A DNA stretch of 53,861 nt from Deltaproteobacteria bacterium. GTDB taxonomy: Bacteria > Desulfobacterota > Deferrimicrobia > Deferrimicrobiales > Deferrimicrobiaceae. How positions within the stretch are numbered: position 1 is the first letter of the stretch; each line of letters opens with the position of its first letter. Positions 17,661 to 26,529 of the stretch are shown piece by piece. The notes under the pieces are model-generated. The model had not been told where the DNA came from. It was given only the letters and a program-made list of their open reading frames with translations, and searched no databases. A program made the translations under genes and the position numbers. The stretch is from positions 1-53,861 of the forward strand of contig JACRMU010000004.1 of the NCBI GenBank assembly GCA_016219515.1, given 5' to 3'.

Positions 17661-18785
17661 ATGCCGATCGGTGTCCGTAATCATGTGTCGGGACACCAAG
17701 TGACTCTTCCCGTGGACGAGCGGACGGTGGCGGCGGCGCTTTCCACCCTCTTCCGCGCCCCGACGCGGCCGGTCCGCATCTCCGAGCTTGCCGGCGACGC
17801 CTCCACGCGCCGATATTTCCGAATCGCCCTTCCCGCGGGCACACCGATTTCCTCCCTCGTGCTGATGCTGTACCCGGACGAGATCCCGCCCGGAGAGGAG
17901 CTTCCGTTCGTCAACGTCCACCGGTACCTGAAGGGCGCAGGGGTTCCCGTCCCCGCAAGCCACCTGGCGGTCCCGGAGGCCAGGCTTCTTTTCCTGGAGG
18001 ACGCAGGCGATACGATGCTCGAGGGTGCGGTGCAATCGGCAACGTCCGAGGAAGAGGTTCTCCCCCTTTACGAGGACTGCGTGGAAACCCTCGTCCGCAT
18101 CCAGCGGGATGGAACGAAGGCTCTCGACGGGAACGCCATCCCGTCGCGGCTCGCCTTCGACGTAAAGAAATTTTCCGAGGAGATCGACTTCTTCTTCGAG
18201 CACGCCGTCCGCGAGTACGGGGAAATCCCCCTTTCCGATTCGGAAGAGCGGGCGATCGAAGACCGGTTCCTGCCGTTCCTGGAAGAGATGGCGGCGCTCC
18301 CCCGCGTCCTCGCCCACCGCGACTACCACAGCCGCAACGTGATGGTGATGGACCGTTCGCCCGGCGGCCGACGCGGTCTGCGGATCCTCGACTTCCAGGA
18401 CGCCCGGATGGGGAACGCCTTCTACGATTTGTGCTCGCTCCTTCGCGACTCCTACGTGGTTTTATCGGAAAACGCGGTCGCCCGCCTCGGTTACGCGTAC
18501 CGGCACGCATCGACTTCGGAGCTGAGGACGGCATGGGGAGATCCCGCGGCCTTCGAATTCCGGCTGGATGCCGCGGCGCTCCAGAGAAACGTGAAGGCGA
18601 TCGGGACGTTCGGCAACCAGGCGCGCAACCGCGGGAAACGCTTCTACCTCCGCTTCATCCCGCCGACGGTGGCGCACCTTGCGGCGAATTTCGAAAGGAA
18701 CCCCCGGATGCGCCCGCTGGCGAGGAAGCTTCGCCCCATCCTCGACGCTCTCTCGTCGAAGGCCGCGGAGGAGGCACCCCCTTGA
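17661..18785 (+). CDS. amgK: APH-fold sugar kinase, AmgK-like (anomeric MurNAc/GlcNAc kinase candidate)
   Basis: ORF 17379..18785 trimmed to ATG 17661; an in-frame GTG at 17700 is an alternative. GDASTRRYFRI, catalytic loop LAHRDYHSRNVMV and Mg site ILDFQDARMG. Its stop overlaps the start region of the next gene, a nucleotidyltransferase. Confidence 0.7.
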   Translation: MPIGVRNHVSGHQVTLPVDERTVAAALSTLFRAPTRPVRISELAGDASTRRYFRIALPAGTPISSLVLMLYPDEIPPGEELPFVNVHRYLKGAGVPVPASHLAVPEARLLFLEDAGDTMLEGAVQSATSEEEVLPLYEDCVETLVRIQRDGTKALDGNAIPSRLAFDVKKFSEEIDFFFEHAVREYGEIPLSDSEERAIEDRFLPFLEEMAALPRVLAHRDYHSRNVMVMDRSPGGRRGLRILDFQDARMGNAFYDLCSLLRDSYVVLSENAVARLGYAYRHASTSELRTAWGDPAAFEFRLDAAALQRNVKAIGTFGNQARNRGKRFYLRFIPPTVAHLAANFERNPRMRPLARKLRPILDALSSKAAEEAPP

Positions 18786-18790
18786 AAGGT

Positions 18791-19684
18791 ATGATCCTGG
18801 CCGCGGGGCTCGGGACGCGCCTGCGCCCTCTTTCCTACGAACTGCCCAAGCCGATCGTGCCGGTCCTGGGCCGCCCCCTCTGTTCCTACAACATGGAGTT
18901 CCTCTCGCGTTCCGGCGTCAAGGCGTTCGTCATGAACCTCCACCGTCAGCCGAAACTGATCCAGCAGCGGGTGGCGGGCTGGGCGGGGAGGAAACTCCCG
19001 GTGGATTACACCGCCGGGGACTTTCTCAAGGAGGGGACGTTCGTCACGGCGAACTCGGACACCGTCGTCCGCTTCCCCTTCGCCTCCGCCCTCGCTTTCC
19101 ACCGGGAGAAGCGCGCCCTTGCCACCCTCGTGCTCTTTCCCGACCCCGACCGGCGATACACCCCGGTGCGGATCGACGAGGAGGGCCGGATCGCCGGCTT
19201 CGGGGCCGCCGCGGGAGGCAGCCGATCCGGCTTCTACACGGGGTTCCAGATCGTAGAGCCGGATCTCCTCCGGGAAATCCCCCCGGGCCCGTCGTGCATC
19301 GTCCGGGAGACGTACCGGCGGCTCGCAGCCGGCGGAGCTCCCCTCTTCGGCTTCCTCTCCTCCGGCACCTTCCGGGAGTTCGGCTCTCCGTCGGACTACC
19401 TGCGGGAGACGCTCGCGCTCCTTTCCGAGAATCCGGGGGGAAAGGCGGGGCGTTCTCCCGGTCCGTCCGAATTCGCGATCGATCCCCCCGTCTTCGTCTC
19501 TCCGAGGGCGAAGATCGCCGCCGGAGCCCGGATCGGTCCCGAGGCGGTGATCGAGGAGGGCGCCGTCGTGAAGGAAGGGGCCTCCGTCACCCGGGCCATC
19601 CTCTGGCCGGAAGCCGTCCTCGGCCAAGGGCAGGAAATCCGCCAGGCCATCCTCACCCCGCGGCGCCGTATCGATATTTCCTGA
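18791..19684 (+). CDS. murU: NTP-transferase, MurU-like (MurNAc-1-P uridylyltransferase candidate) with C-terminal left-handed beta-helix
   Basis: ORF 18431..19684 trimmed to ATG 18791; TTG 18782 (MKGMILAAG) overlaps the kinase stop and is an alternative. MILAAGLGTRLRPLSYELPKPIVPV nucleotide-binding motif. Hexapeptide-like tail KIAAGARIGPEAVIEEGAVVKEGASV. Confidence 0.7.
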   Translation: MILAAGLGTRLRPLSYELPKPIVPVLGRPLCSYNMEFLSRSGVKAFVMNLHRQPKLIQQRVAGWAGRKLPVDYTAGDFLKEGTFVTANSDTVVRFPFASALAFHREKRALATLVLFPDPDRRYTPVRIDEEGRIAGFGAAAGGSRSGFYTGFQIVEPDLLREIPPGPSCIVRETYRRLAAGGAPLFGFLSSGTFREFGSPSDYLRETLALLSENPGGKAGRSPGPSEFAIDPPVFVSPRAKIAAGARIGPEAVIEEGAVVKEGASVTRAILWPEAVLGQGQEIRQAILTPRRRIDIS

Positions 19685-19694
19685 GAATCCCCCC

Positions 19695-20855
19695 GTGCCC
19701 GAAGGAAAGCATATCGGCCTGCAGGCCCTGTTGTTCTGGCTCGTGGCGTCCGCCTTCTCCACGATCTACATCACCCAGCCCGTTCTCCCGGTGCTCCGCG
19801 CGGAGTTCGGGGTGAGCGCGTCGACGGCCTCCCTCACCATTTCCGCGGTCATCCTGGGGATCGCACTGGCGAACCTTCCGTTCGGAATGCTGGTGGACCG
19901 CTACCCGATACGCCCCATCATCCTTCTTGGGGGTTCGGTCATCGCGGCATGCGGGTTTTTCTGCGCCGCCTCCACGGACCTGTCGCTCCTGATCGCCGCG
20001 AGGTTCGTTCAGGGGCTCTTCGTTCCCTCCCTCACCACGTGCCTGGTCGTGCACCTGGTCCGCAGCCTTCCGCCGGACCGGCTGAACGTGGTGACGGGCT
20101 CGTACGTCTCGGCCACGGTGGTGGGCGGGCTCGGAGGGCGGCTCCTGGGAGGATGGATCCACCCCCCGCTGCATTGGCGGTACGCCTTCGTCACCGCGTC
20201 CGTCCTTCTGCTGGCGGCGACCGCGGCCGCGGCCCGCTGGCTGCCGGAAGGCGAAGGAGAACGGGAGACGCCGCGGGAGATCGAGGGGTTCGAGCGCCTG
20301 ATCCGCCGCCCCGAGCTGCTGCGCATCTTCTTCGTGGCCTTCGGGGCGTTCTTCGTCTTCTCGTCCGTGTTCAACTACCTGCCGTTCTATCTTGCCGCGC
20401 CGCCCTTCAACGCATCCACGCAGGTCATCACCCTTGCCTATCTCTCCTACCTGGTCGGGGCGTTGACCGGTCCCGCCGCGGGGACCTTGAGCAACCGGAT
20501 CGGCAACGGCGCCACCATGGCCCTGGGCTCCGCGGTGTTCGCCGGGTCGATCCTGTTGACGTTCGTCCCTTCGCTGCCGGTGATCGCCGCAAGCCTCGCG
20601 GGGGTGTGCGCAGGTTTCTTCGCGATCCACTCGGCGGCCGCGGGCTCCCTGAACCTGCGGCTCTCCTCCGGCAGGGGGCGGGCCAACTCCCTCTACGTGC
20701 TGTTCTATTACCTGGGGGGCTCGGCCGGGATCACCGCGAGCGGGTACGCATATCATTCCGCCGGCTGGCGGGGCGTCGCGTCGCTGGGGATCCTCGTTCT
20801 CCTCCTCCCTTTCGCCACGGGTCTCGCGGAGATGCGGGAGAGAAAACTGTTGTAG
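19695..20855 (+). CDS. MFS transporter
   Basis: 386 aa. GTG start 10 nt after the preceding stop. About 12 hydrophobic segments and the MFS loop motif FGMLVDRYPIRP. Confidence 0.85.
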   Translation: MPEGKHIGLQALLFWLVASAFSTIYITQPVLPVLRAEFGVSASTASLTISAVILGIALANLPFGMLVDRYPIRPIILLGGSVIAACGFFCAASTDLSLLIAARFVQGLFVPSLTTCLVVHLVRSLPPDRLNVVTGSYVSATVVGGLGGRLLGGWIHPPLHWRYAFVTASVLLLAATAAAARWLPEGEGERETPREIEGFERLIRRPELLRIFFVAFGAFFVFSSVFNYLPFYLAAPPFNASTQVITLAYLSYLVGALTGPAAGTLSNRIGNGATMALGSAVFAGSILLTFVPSLPVIAASLAGVCAGFFAIHSAAAGSLNLRLSSGRGRANSLYVLFYYLGGSAGITASGYAYHSAGWRGVASLGILVLLLPFATGLAEMRERKLL

Positions 20856-20930
20856 GATAAACATTCGGCCGCGGACGCTTCGGCGGCTTCCCCAAGCGGG
20901 AGAGATCCGACGAGGAAGGAGCCGGCGGGA

Positions 20931-22163
20931 ATGGAGAAGGAAGGAAGAAACGGCGCTTCGGGCCCCGGCAGGGGAATTCCCATCGACCGGAGAAGCGCCC
21001 TTCGGCTCCTCGCCGCGGCTGCTGCAGCCATCGCGGCCAGGCCCGCGGTCCGCGGGGCGGAGACGTTCGCCGCGGCCGCCGCCCCCTCCCGCGGAGCCGG
21101 GGAAACCAGGCCTTTGGGCAGGACGGGGATCGCGGTATCCACCGTCGGCATGGGAGCGATGATCACCCGGGAATCCGACGTGATCCGGTACGCCGTCGAC
21201 CATGGGGTGAACTATGTCGACACCGCGGACTGCTACATGGGGGGAGAGAACGAACGGATCGTGGGACGCGCCCTCAAGGGAATCCGCAACAAGGTGATCC
21301 TTGCGTCGAAGGTCCACATCGCCCCCGTCGACCGGATGATCCAGTCCGTCGAGAAAAGTCTGAAGTCCCTCAACACCGACGTCATCGACATCATGCAGCT
21401 TCACGGGATCGGCACCGAGGGGGAGGTCGTCAACGGATATGCGCGCGAAGCCCTTCGGAAACTGATCGACCAGGGAAAGGTCCGCGTCCCAGGGGTGACC
21501 ACCCACAGCGGACAGGAAACGGTCGTACGGGCCGTGATGAAGCACGGATTCTACAAGACCGTCCTTGTCGCGTACAACTTCCGCTCCGATGCGGGGCTGA
21601 AGGCGGCCCTGCGCAAGGTCTTCGCCGGAGCGACCGGACTTTCCGCCGCGATCCGCGATGCCGGCGCCGCGGGGCTCGGGGTGATCGCCATGAAAACTCA
21701 AGCGGGGGGGTACACGATGGAACGGGGAGCGTTGAGCCCCCACCAGGCCGCTCTCGCGTGGGTCCTTGAAAACCCCGGGGTCGCAACCACGATCCCGAGC
21801 ATGGTCAGTTACGCCCAGGTAGACGAGAACCTTTCCGCGAGCGGGAAGCGGCTCGGCTGGGGAGGGAAGAAAGCTCTGGAACTGTACTCCCGGGCCATCG
21901 GGGACCGGCACTGCGGGCTTTGCGGACAGTGCAAGGGCTCCTGCCCCTCGGGGGTCGACGTCCAGGACGTCCTGCGGTCCCTGGCCTATTACGATGGGTA
22001 CGGGCAGGCGGACCTTGCGAACCGGTCGTATCGGGAGCTTGCGGACGGCCGGAACGCTCTTCCCTGCTTCTCCTGCGGCACCTGCGCGGTCCAATGCCGG
22101 CTGGGGCTTCCGGTGGGACGGCTTGCCCGCAGGGCGCACGGCCTGTTGTCGCGGACGGCGTGA
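20931..22163 (+). CDS. aldo/keto reductase with twin-arginine signal and C-terminal Cys-cluster (Fe-S) domain
   Basis: 410 aa. TAT-like IDRRSALRLLAAAAAAIAARP. AKR core (VNYVDTADCYMGGENERIVG, VILASKV, IDIMQLHG). C-terminal CGLCGQCKGSCP and CFSCGTCAVQC motifs. Confidence 0.85.
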   Translation: MEKEGRNGASGPGRGIPIDRRSALRLLAAAAAAIAARPAVRGAETFAAAAAPSRGAGETRPLGRTGIAVSTVGMGAMITRESDVIRYAVDHGVNYVDTADCYMGGENERIVGRALKGIRNKVILASKVHIAPVDRMIQSVEKSLKSLNTDVIDIMQLHGIGTEGEVVNGYAREALRKLIDQGKVRVPGVTTHSGQETVVRAVMKHGFYKTVLVAYNFRSDAGLKAALRKVFAGATGLSAAIRDAGAAGLGVIAMKTQAGGYTMERGALSPHQAALAWVLENPGVATTIPSMVSYAQVDENLSASGKRLGWGGKKALELYSRAIGDRHCGLCGQCKGSCPSGVDVQDVLRSLAYYDGYGQADLANRSYRELADGRNALPCFSCGTCAVQCRLGLPVGRLARRAHGLLSRTA

Positions 22164-22183
22164 CGTTCCGCGTGGGAGGACGA

Positions 22184-23086
22184 ATGCGGCTCTACCGCGT
22201 TGCCGCCTTCGGCGCTTCGCTTCTCATCGCGTCCTTCGCTGCGCAGGCGGCCGCGGGGAACGGAAACGATCCGCTGTTTTCACGGCTTGCGGAGCGATCG
22301 TGGATCCTCGCGGAGCCCGTGCGAACGTTCTCCTCCGCCAACCTCTACGAGGAGATCGATGGGGAGGCCGAGCTTTTTCTCCCCTACGGGTTCCGGGAGC
22401 TTGCGGTCGCATATCTCTCCGGGAAAGCCGGGGCCGGCGCCCAGCTCCGCCTCGAGATCTACCGGCACGGCTCGCCGCGGGACGCTTTCGGAATCTACAG
22501 CCAGCACCGCTTCCCCGGACAGGAGACGATTCCGGTCGGCCCTTCGGAGGCGATCGTGTCCGACGCTTCTCTCGATTTCTTCCGGGGGGAATTCTTCGTT
22601 CGCATCCGCGCCGCTTCTCCCGCAACCACGCGGAAGGACATCGCCGATCTCGCGCGCGAAGCATCGGGGCTGATCGAAGGCACCGGCGCTCCGCCGCCGG
22701 AGGCCGGATCGCTCCTCGTAAAGAGTTTCGTCCCCGGGACTCTCGTCTACCAGAAGAGAGCCGTCCTTGGGGACGATGCGCTCGCTCCCGGGTTCGAGGC
22801 GAAGTTCTCCGCCGGGAACATATCCGGAAGTCTGTTATTGCTGTTGCCGCGCGACGGCGATCCCCCCGCGGTCTCCTCGAAACGAATTGCCGGCAGGATT
22901 CCGGGAATCGAACGGACCTCCGAAGGCCTGTATCGCGCGCCGATTCCCGGCGGAACGCTGTGGCTTAAGGAGTCCGGCCCCTACCTGTTGGGGGTGTCGG
23001 GGAAACTCTCCAGGGAGAATGCGGAACCGGTCCTTTCCGAAATGGCGGAAAACCTCTCCTTGAGACGGCGGAAAGAATCGCCGTAG
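22184..23086 (+). CDS. secreted hypothetical protein
   Basis: ORF 21920..23086 trimmed to ATG 22184 behind GGGAGGA, 20 nt after the AKR stop. Signal peptide MRLYRVAAFGASLLIASFAAQAAAG. No recognisable catalytic motif. Confidence 0.6.
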   Translation: MRLYRVAAFGASLLIASFAAQAAAGNGNDPLFSRLAERSWILAEPVRTFSSANLYEEIDGEAELFLPYGFRELAVAYLSGKAGAGAQLRLEIYRHGSPRDAFGIYSQHRFPGQETIPVGPSEAIVSDASLDFFRGEFFVRIRAASPATTRKDIADLAREASGLIEGTGAPPPEAGSLLVKSFVPGTLVYQKRAVLGDDALAPGFEAKFSAGNISGSLLLLLPRDGDPPAVSSKRIAGRIPGIERTSEGLYRAPIPGGTLWLKESGPYLLGVSGKLSRENAEPVLSEMAENLSLRRRKESP

Positions 23087-23104
23087 ATCCAAAGGGGGCG
23101 ACCG

Positions 23105-25240
23105 ATGGGGTACGAGCTGCGCCACAGGACCGACCGGAAGATCTCCAAAGGAAATTTCTACCCCCTCGGGGCCACCCTCTCCGGCGACGGGGTCAACTTC
23201 TGTCTCTACTCCCAGAACGCCATGGAGGTATTCCTCCTTCTCTTCGACCGGCCGGACGGCGATCCCACCGACATCATCAAGATGGAAAACCGTACCCGGT
23301 TCGTGTGGCACGCCTTCGTCCACGGATTGAACGCAGGGCAGCTTTACGGATACAAGGTCCGGGGGGCGTTCGACCCGGCGCGCGGCCTGCGGTTCAACGA
23401 GAACAAGCTCCTGATCGACCCCTACGCCAGGGCGCTCTCGGGAAAATTCCGGAACATGGAAAATCTCCTCCTCGCCTACGATCCGCTCTCCCCGGCGCGC
23501 GACCTTTCCCTCGACGGAAGGGACAACACCGCCTTCGTCCCGAAGTGCATCGTTGCCGACGGCCGCTTCGATTGGCAGGGCGACTCTCCTCCGGAGATCC
23601 CGTTCGAGAAGCTGATCGTTTACGAGACGCACGTAAAAGGGTTCACCGCGCACCCCTCCTCCGGGGTGTCGGCGCCCGGGACCTACCTGGGTTTCATCGA
23701 AAAGATCCCCTACCTTAAGGCCCTCGGCATCAATGCCGTGGAGCTTCTCCCCGTTCACGAGGTTTACGTCGAGGATTTCCTGTCGGCAAGGGGCCTCACC
23801 AACTACTGGGGATACAACACGATCGGGTTCTTCGCGCCGGAATCGTCCTACGGCTCGAAACGCTATCCGGGCTGCCAGGTGAACGAGTTCAAGACGCTCG
23901 TCCGCGAGTTCCATCGGGCCGGGATCGAGATCATCCTGGACGTTGTGTACAACCACACCGGCGAGGGGAGCGAGCTGGGACCGACGCTGTGTTTCCGGGG
24001 GATCGACAACCCGACGTACTACTCCCTCACGGGAGGCCCTTCGGACCCCTTCCGCTACTACATGAACTACACGGGTTGCGGCAACAGTCTGAACTTCTTC
24101 AACGCGCATGTCATCCGGCTTGTGATGGACTCCCTGCGGTACTGGGTCGAGGAGATGCACGTCGACGGCTTCCGGTTCGACCTTGCCTCCGTCCTGGGGC
24201 GCGAGGAAGGCGCCTTCCACGGAACCGCAGCTTTTTTCGACGCGATTTCCCAGGATCCCGTCCTGCACAGGGTCAAGCTGATCGCAGAGCCCTGGGACCT
24301 GGGCACCTACCAGGTCGGCAATTTCCCCGTCGACTGGTCGGAGTGGAACGGGCGGTTCCGGGACACCGTGCGGAAGTTCGTCAAGGGGGACGGGGGCCAG
24401 GTCCGGGACCTCGGCTGGCGCCTGACCGGCTCCGCCGACCTGTACGGCGACGACGGCAGGTCCGCCTGCAACAGCGTCAACTTCGTCACCTGCCACGACG
24501 GCTTCACCCTGTACGACCTCGTCTCCCACAACGGCAAGCACAACGACGCCAACATGGAGAACAACCAGGACGGCTCCATCGACAACAACTCGTGGAACTG
24601 CGGCGTGGAGGGAGAAACGGACGACCCCGGAGTCGTCCGGCTTCGGAAGCAGCTCGCGAAGAACTTCGCCTGCTGCCTCCTGTTCGCTTCCGGCACGCCG
24701 ATGCTGCAGGGCGGCGACGAGTTCCTCCGGACCCAGAGGGGCAACAACAACGCATACTGCCAGGACAACGAGATCGCCTGGCTGAACTGGGGGGACGCGG
24801 AGAAGCACCGGGACATCCTCGAGTTTTTCCGGAAGGCGATCGCATTCACGAAACGGTATCCCATCCTCCAGAGGAGAAGGTTTTTCACGGGAACGGACCG
24901 GGACGGGGACCTGATCCCCGACATCGAGTGGTTCGGGGGGAATTTGGATCGACCCGCCTGGGACGACCCCGAACTCCGCACTCTTTGCTGTCTCCTCGAC
25001 GGGGGAGAGGAACCGTCGGAAACCGGGGAGTACAGACTTTTCGTCATCCTGAACGCCGACTACAGGGCGCAGCCCATCCGGATCCCCCGCCCCGCCGAAG
25101 GAAAAAAGTGGCTTCGCGTCATCGATACAAGCCTTCCCCCCGGGGAGGATTTCGCACCCGAGGGGGAAGCGATACCGGTCGACCCCCCCGAACGTTACCT
25201 CGCCAACCCACGGAGCACCGTCGTTTTGCTCGTGGAATAA
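23105..25240 (+). CDS. glgX: glycogen debranching enzyme (GH13)
   Basis: 711 aa. N-terminal YPLGATLSGDGVNFCLYS. GH13 regions ILDVVYNHTGEG, VDGFRFDLASVLGR, LIAEPWDLG and NFVTCHDGFTLYDL. Confidence 0.95.
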   Translation: MGYELRHRTDRKISKGNFYPLGATLSGDGVNFCLYSQNAMEVFLLLFDRPDGDPTDIIKMENRTRFVWHAFVHGLNAGQLYGYKVRGAFDPARGLRFNENKLLIDPYARALSGKFRNMENLLLAYDPLSPARDLSLDGRDNTAFVPKCIVADGRFDWQGDSPPEIPFEKLIVYETHVKGFTAHPSSGVSAPGTYLGFIEKIPYLKALGINAVELLPVHEVYVEDFLSARGLTNYWGYNTIGFFAPESSYGSKRYPGCQVNEFKTLVREFHRAGIEIILDVVYNHTGEGSELGPTLCFRGIDNPTYYSLTGGPSDPFRYYMNYTGCGNSLNFFNAHVIRLVMDSLRYWVEEMHVDGFRFDLASVLGREEGAFHGTAAFFDAISQDPVLHRVKLIAEPWDLGTYQVGNFPVDWSEWNGRFRDTVRKFVKGDGGQVRDLGWRLTGSADLYGDDGRSACNSVNFVTCHDGFTLYDLVSHNGKHNDANMENNQDGSIDNNSWNCGVEGETDDPGVVRLRKQLAKNFACCLLFASGTPMLQGGDEFLRTQRGNNNAYCQDNEIAWLNWGDAEKHRDILEFFRKAIAFTKRYPILQRRRFFTGTDRDGDLIPDIEWFGGNLDRPAWDDPELRTLCCLLDGGEEPSETGEYRLFVILNADYRAQPIRIPRPAEGKKWLRVIDTSLPPGEDFAPEGEAIPVDPPERYLANPRSTVVLLVE

Positions 25241-25322
25241 GTCCCTCGAACCATTAAAGAAACAGGCCCGGACCGCCGAAGAATACCTCATCAGGGCCGT
25301 AATCGGGCGGGGTGGTGGAATA

Positions 25323-26510
25323 ATGTCAAAGCGTATCGGAAGTTTATGCTTACTGGCGATCCTGGCGGCAGGCATCGTCGTAGCCGGCGAAGCCTTCGCG
25401 GAAAATACGGGCGGGAAGAAGCCCGTTTTGATCGGCGGGTCGCTTCCCCTGACGGGGAAATTCGCCGAAATGGGGCGGATGCAGGAGAGGGGCTATCGCC
25501 TCTGGGCAACCGAGATCAACCGGAAGGGGGGACTCCTTGGCCGGCCGGTCAAGCTCCTCATCACGGACGACGAAAGCAGCGTCAAAAAGGTTGTCGAGGT
25601 CTATACGGATCTAATGCGACGACAGAAGGTCGAATTCGTGTTCAGCCCCTACTCCTCCGAACTGACGCTCGCCGCCGCGGACCTGGCCGAAAAATCCAGG
25701 TATCCCTTCCTGGTGGCGGGGGCGGCATCGGAAAAAATATGGGAAACTCACCGCCGGTACGTCATCGGCCTGTACAGCACGACGGACCGGTACTTCATCG
25801 GGTTCCTGGAGCTCTGCGCCATCCAGAAGAAGAAGACGGTATCCATCACCGGCTTCCCCGACTCCTTCTCGCTGTACACCGCGAAGGGGGCGAAGAAATG
25901 GGCCGAGAAATTCGGACTGAAGGTCGTACGCTACGCCATCCTCGACGGCAAGGAGGAGAAGGACCTTGCCGCGGAGGCGGACGGAATCGCCTCCGCGAAG
26001 CCGGACGTCGTCATCGTCGCGGGCCATCTCAAGGAAAGCATCCTCCTCCGAAGGGCGCTGGACCGAACCGGCGCGAAACACAGCGTGTTCGCCGGATCGG
26101 TGGGCCCGGCGATGCAGGAGTTCCAGAAAGCGCTCGGACCGCTGGCGGAATCGGCCTTCGGCGCTTCCCAGTGGGAACCCGACGAGCGGATCCCCTATCC
26201 GGGCTCCCGGATGTTCATTCAATCCTTTCTGAAAACCTACGGTGAAAATCCTTCCTATCATGCGGCCGCCGCCTATGCCGCCATGAAAACCCTGGAGGGG
26301 GCGGTGCAGAAGACCGGTTCCCTCAACCGCGAGAAAATCCGGCAGCATCTCGTCACGGGAGAACACAAGACCATCCTGGGACCCTTCAAGATCCGGAAGG
26401 ACGGCACGCAGATCGGCCACAAGAGCCTCATCATCCAGTGGCAGCGAGGGAAAAAGGAGATCGTCTGGCCGGAAAACATGAGGACGGCCTTCCCGGTCTT
26501 CCCCAAATGA
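25323..26510 (+). CDS. periplasmic binding protein, LivJ/branched-chain amino acid type
   Basis: 395 aa. Signal peptide (LLAILAAGIVVAGEAFA). GGSLPLTGKFAEMGRMQERGYRLWATEINRKGGLLGRPVKLLITDD is typical of type-1 PBPs. Confidence 0.85.
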   Translation: MSKRIGSLCLLAILAAGIVVAGEAFAENTGGKKPVLIGGSLPLTGKFAEMGRMQERGYRLWATEINRKGGLLGRPVKLLITDDESSVKKVVEVYTDLMRRQKVEFVFSPYSSELTLAAADLAEKSRYPFLVAGAASEKIWETHRRYVIGLYSTTDRYFIGFLELCAIQKKKTVSITGFPDSFSLYTAKGAKKWAEKFGLKVVRYAILDGKEEKDLAAEADGIASAKPDVVIVAGHLKESILLRRALDRTGAKHSVFAGSVGPAMQEFQKALGPLAESAFGASQWEPDERIPYPGSRMFIQSFLKTYGENPSYHAAAAYAAMKTLEGAVQKTGSLNREKIRQHLVTGEHKTILGPFKIRKDGTQIGHKSLIIQWQRGKKEIVWPENMRTAFPVFPK

Positions 26511-26529
26511 GGGCGCACCGAAGAGTTCG

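Noticed and set aside
23306-23320. A TGGCAC hexamer that looks like a sigma-54 -24 box.
   Set aside because: It is inside the glgX coding sequence (it encodes ..VWHAF..) and is followed by GCCTT-CGTC, so the TTGC -12 element is missing.
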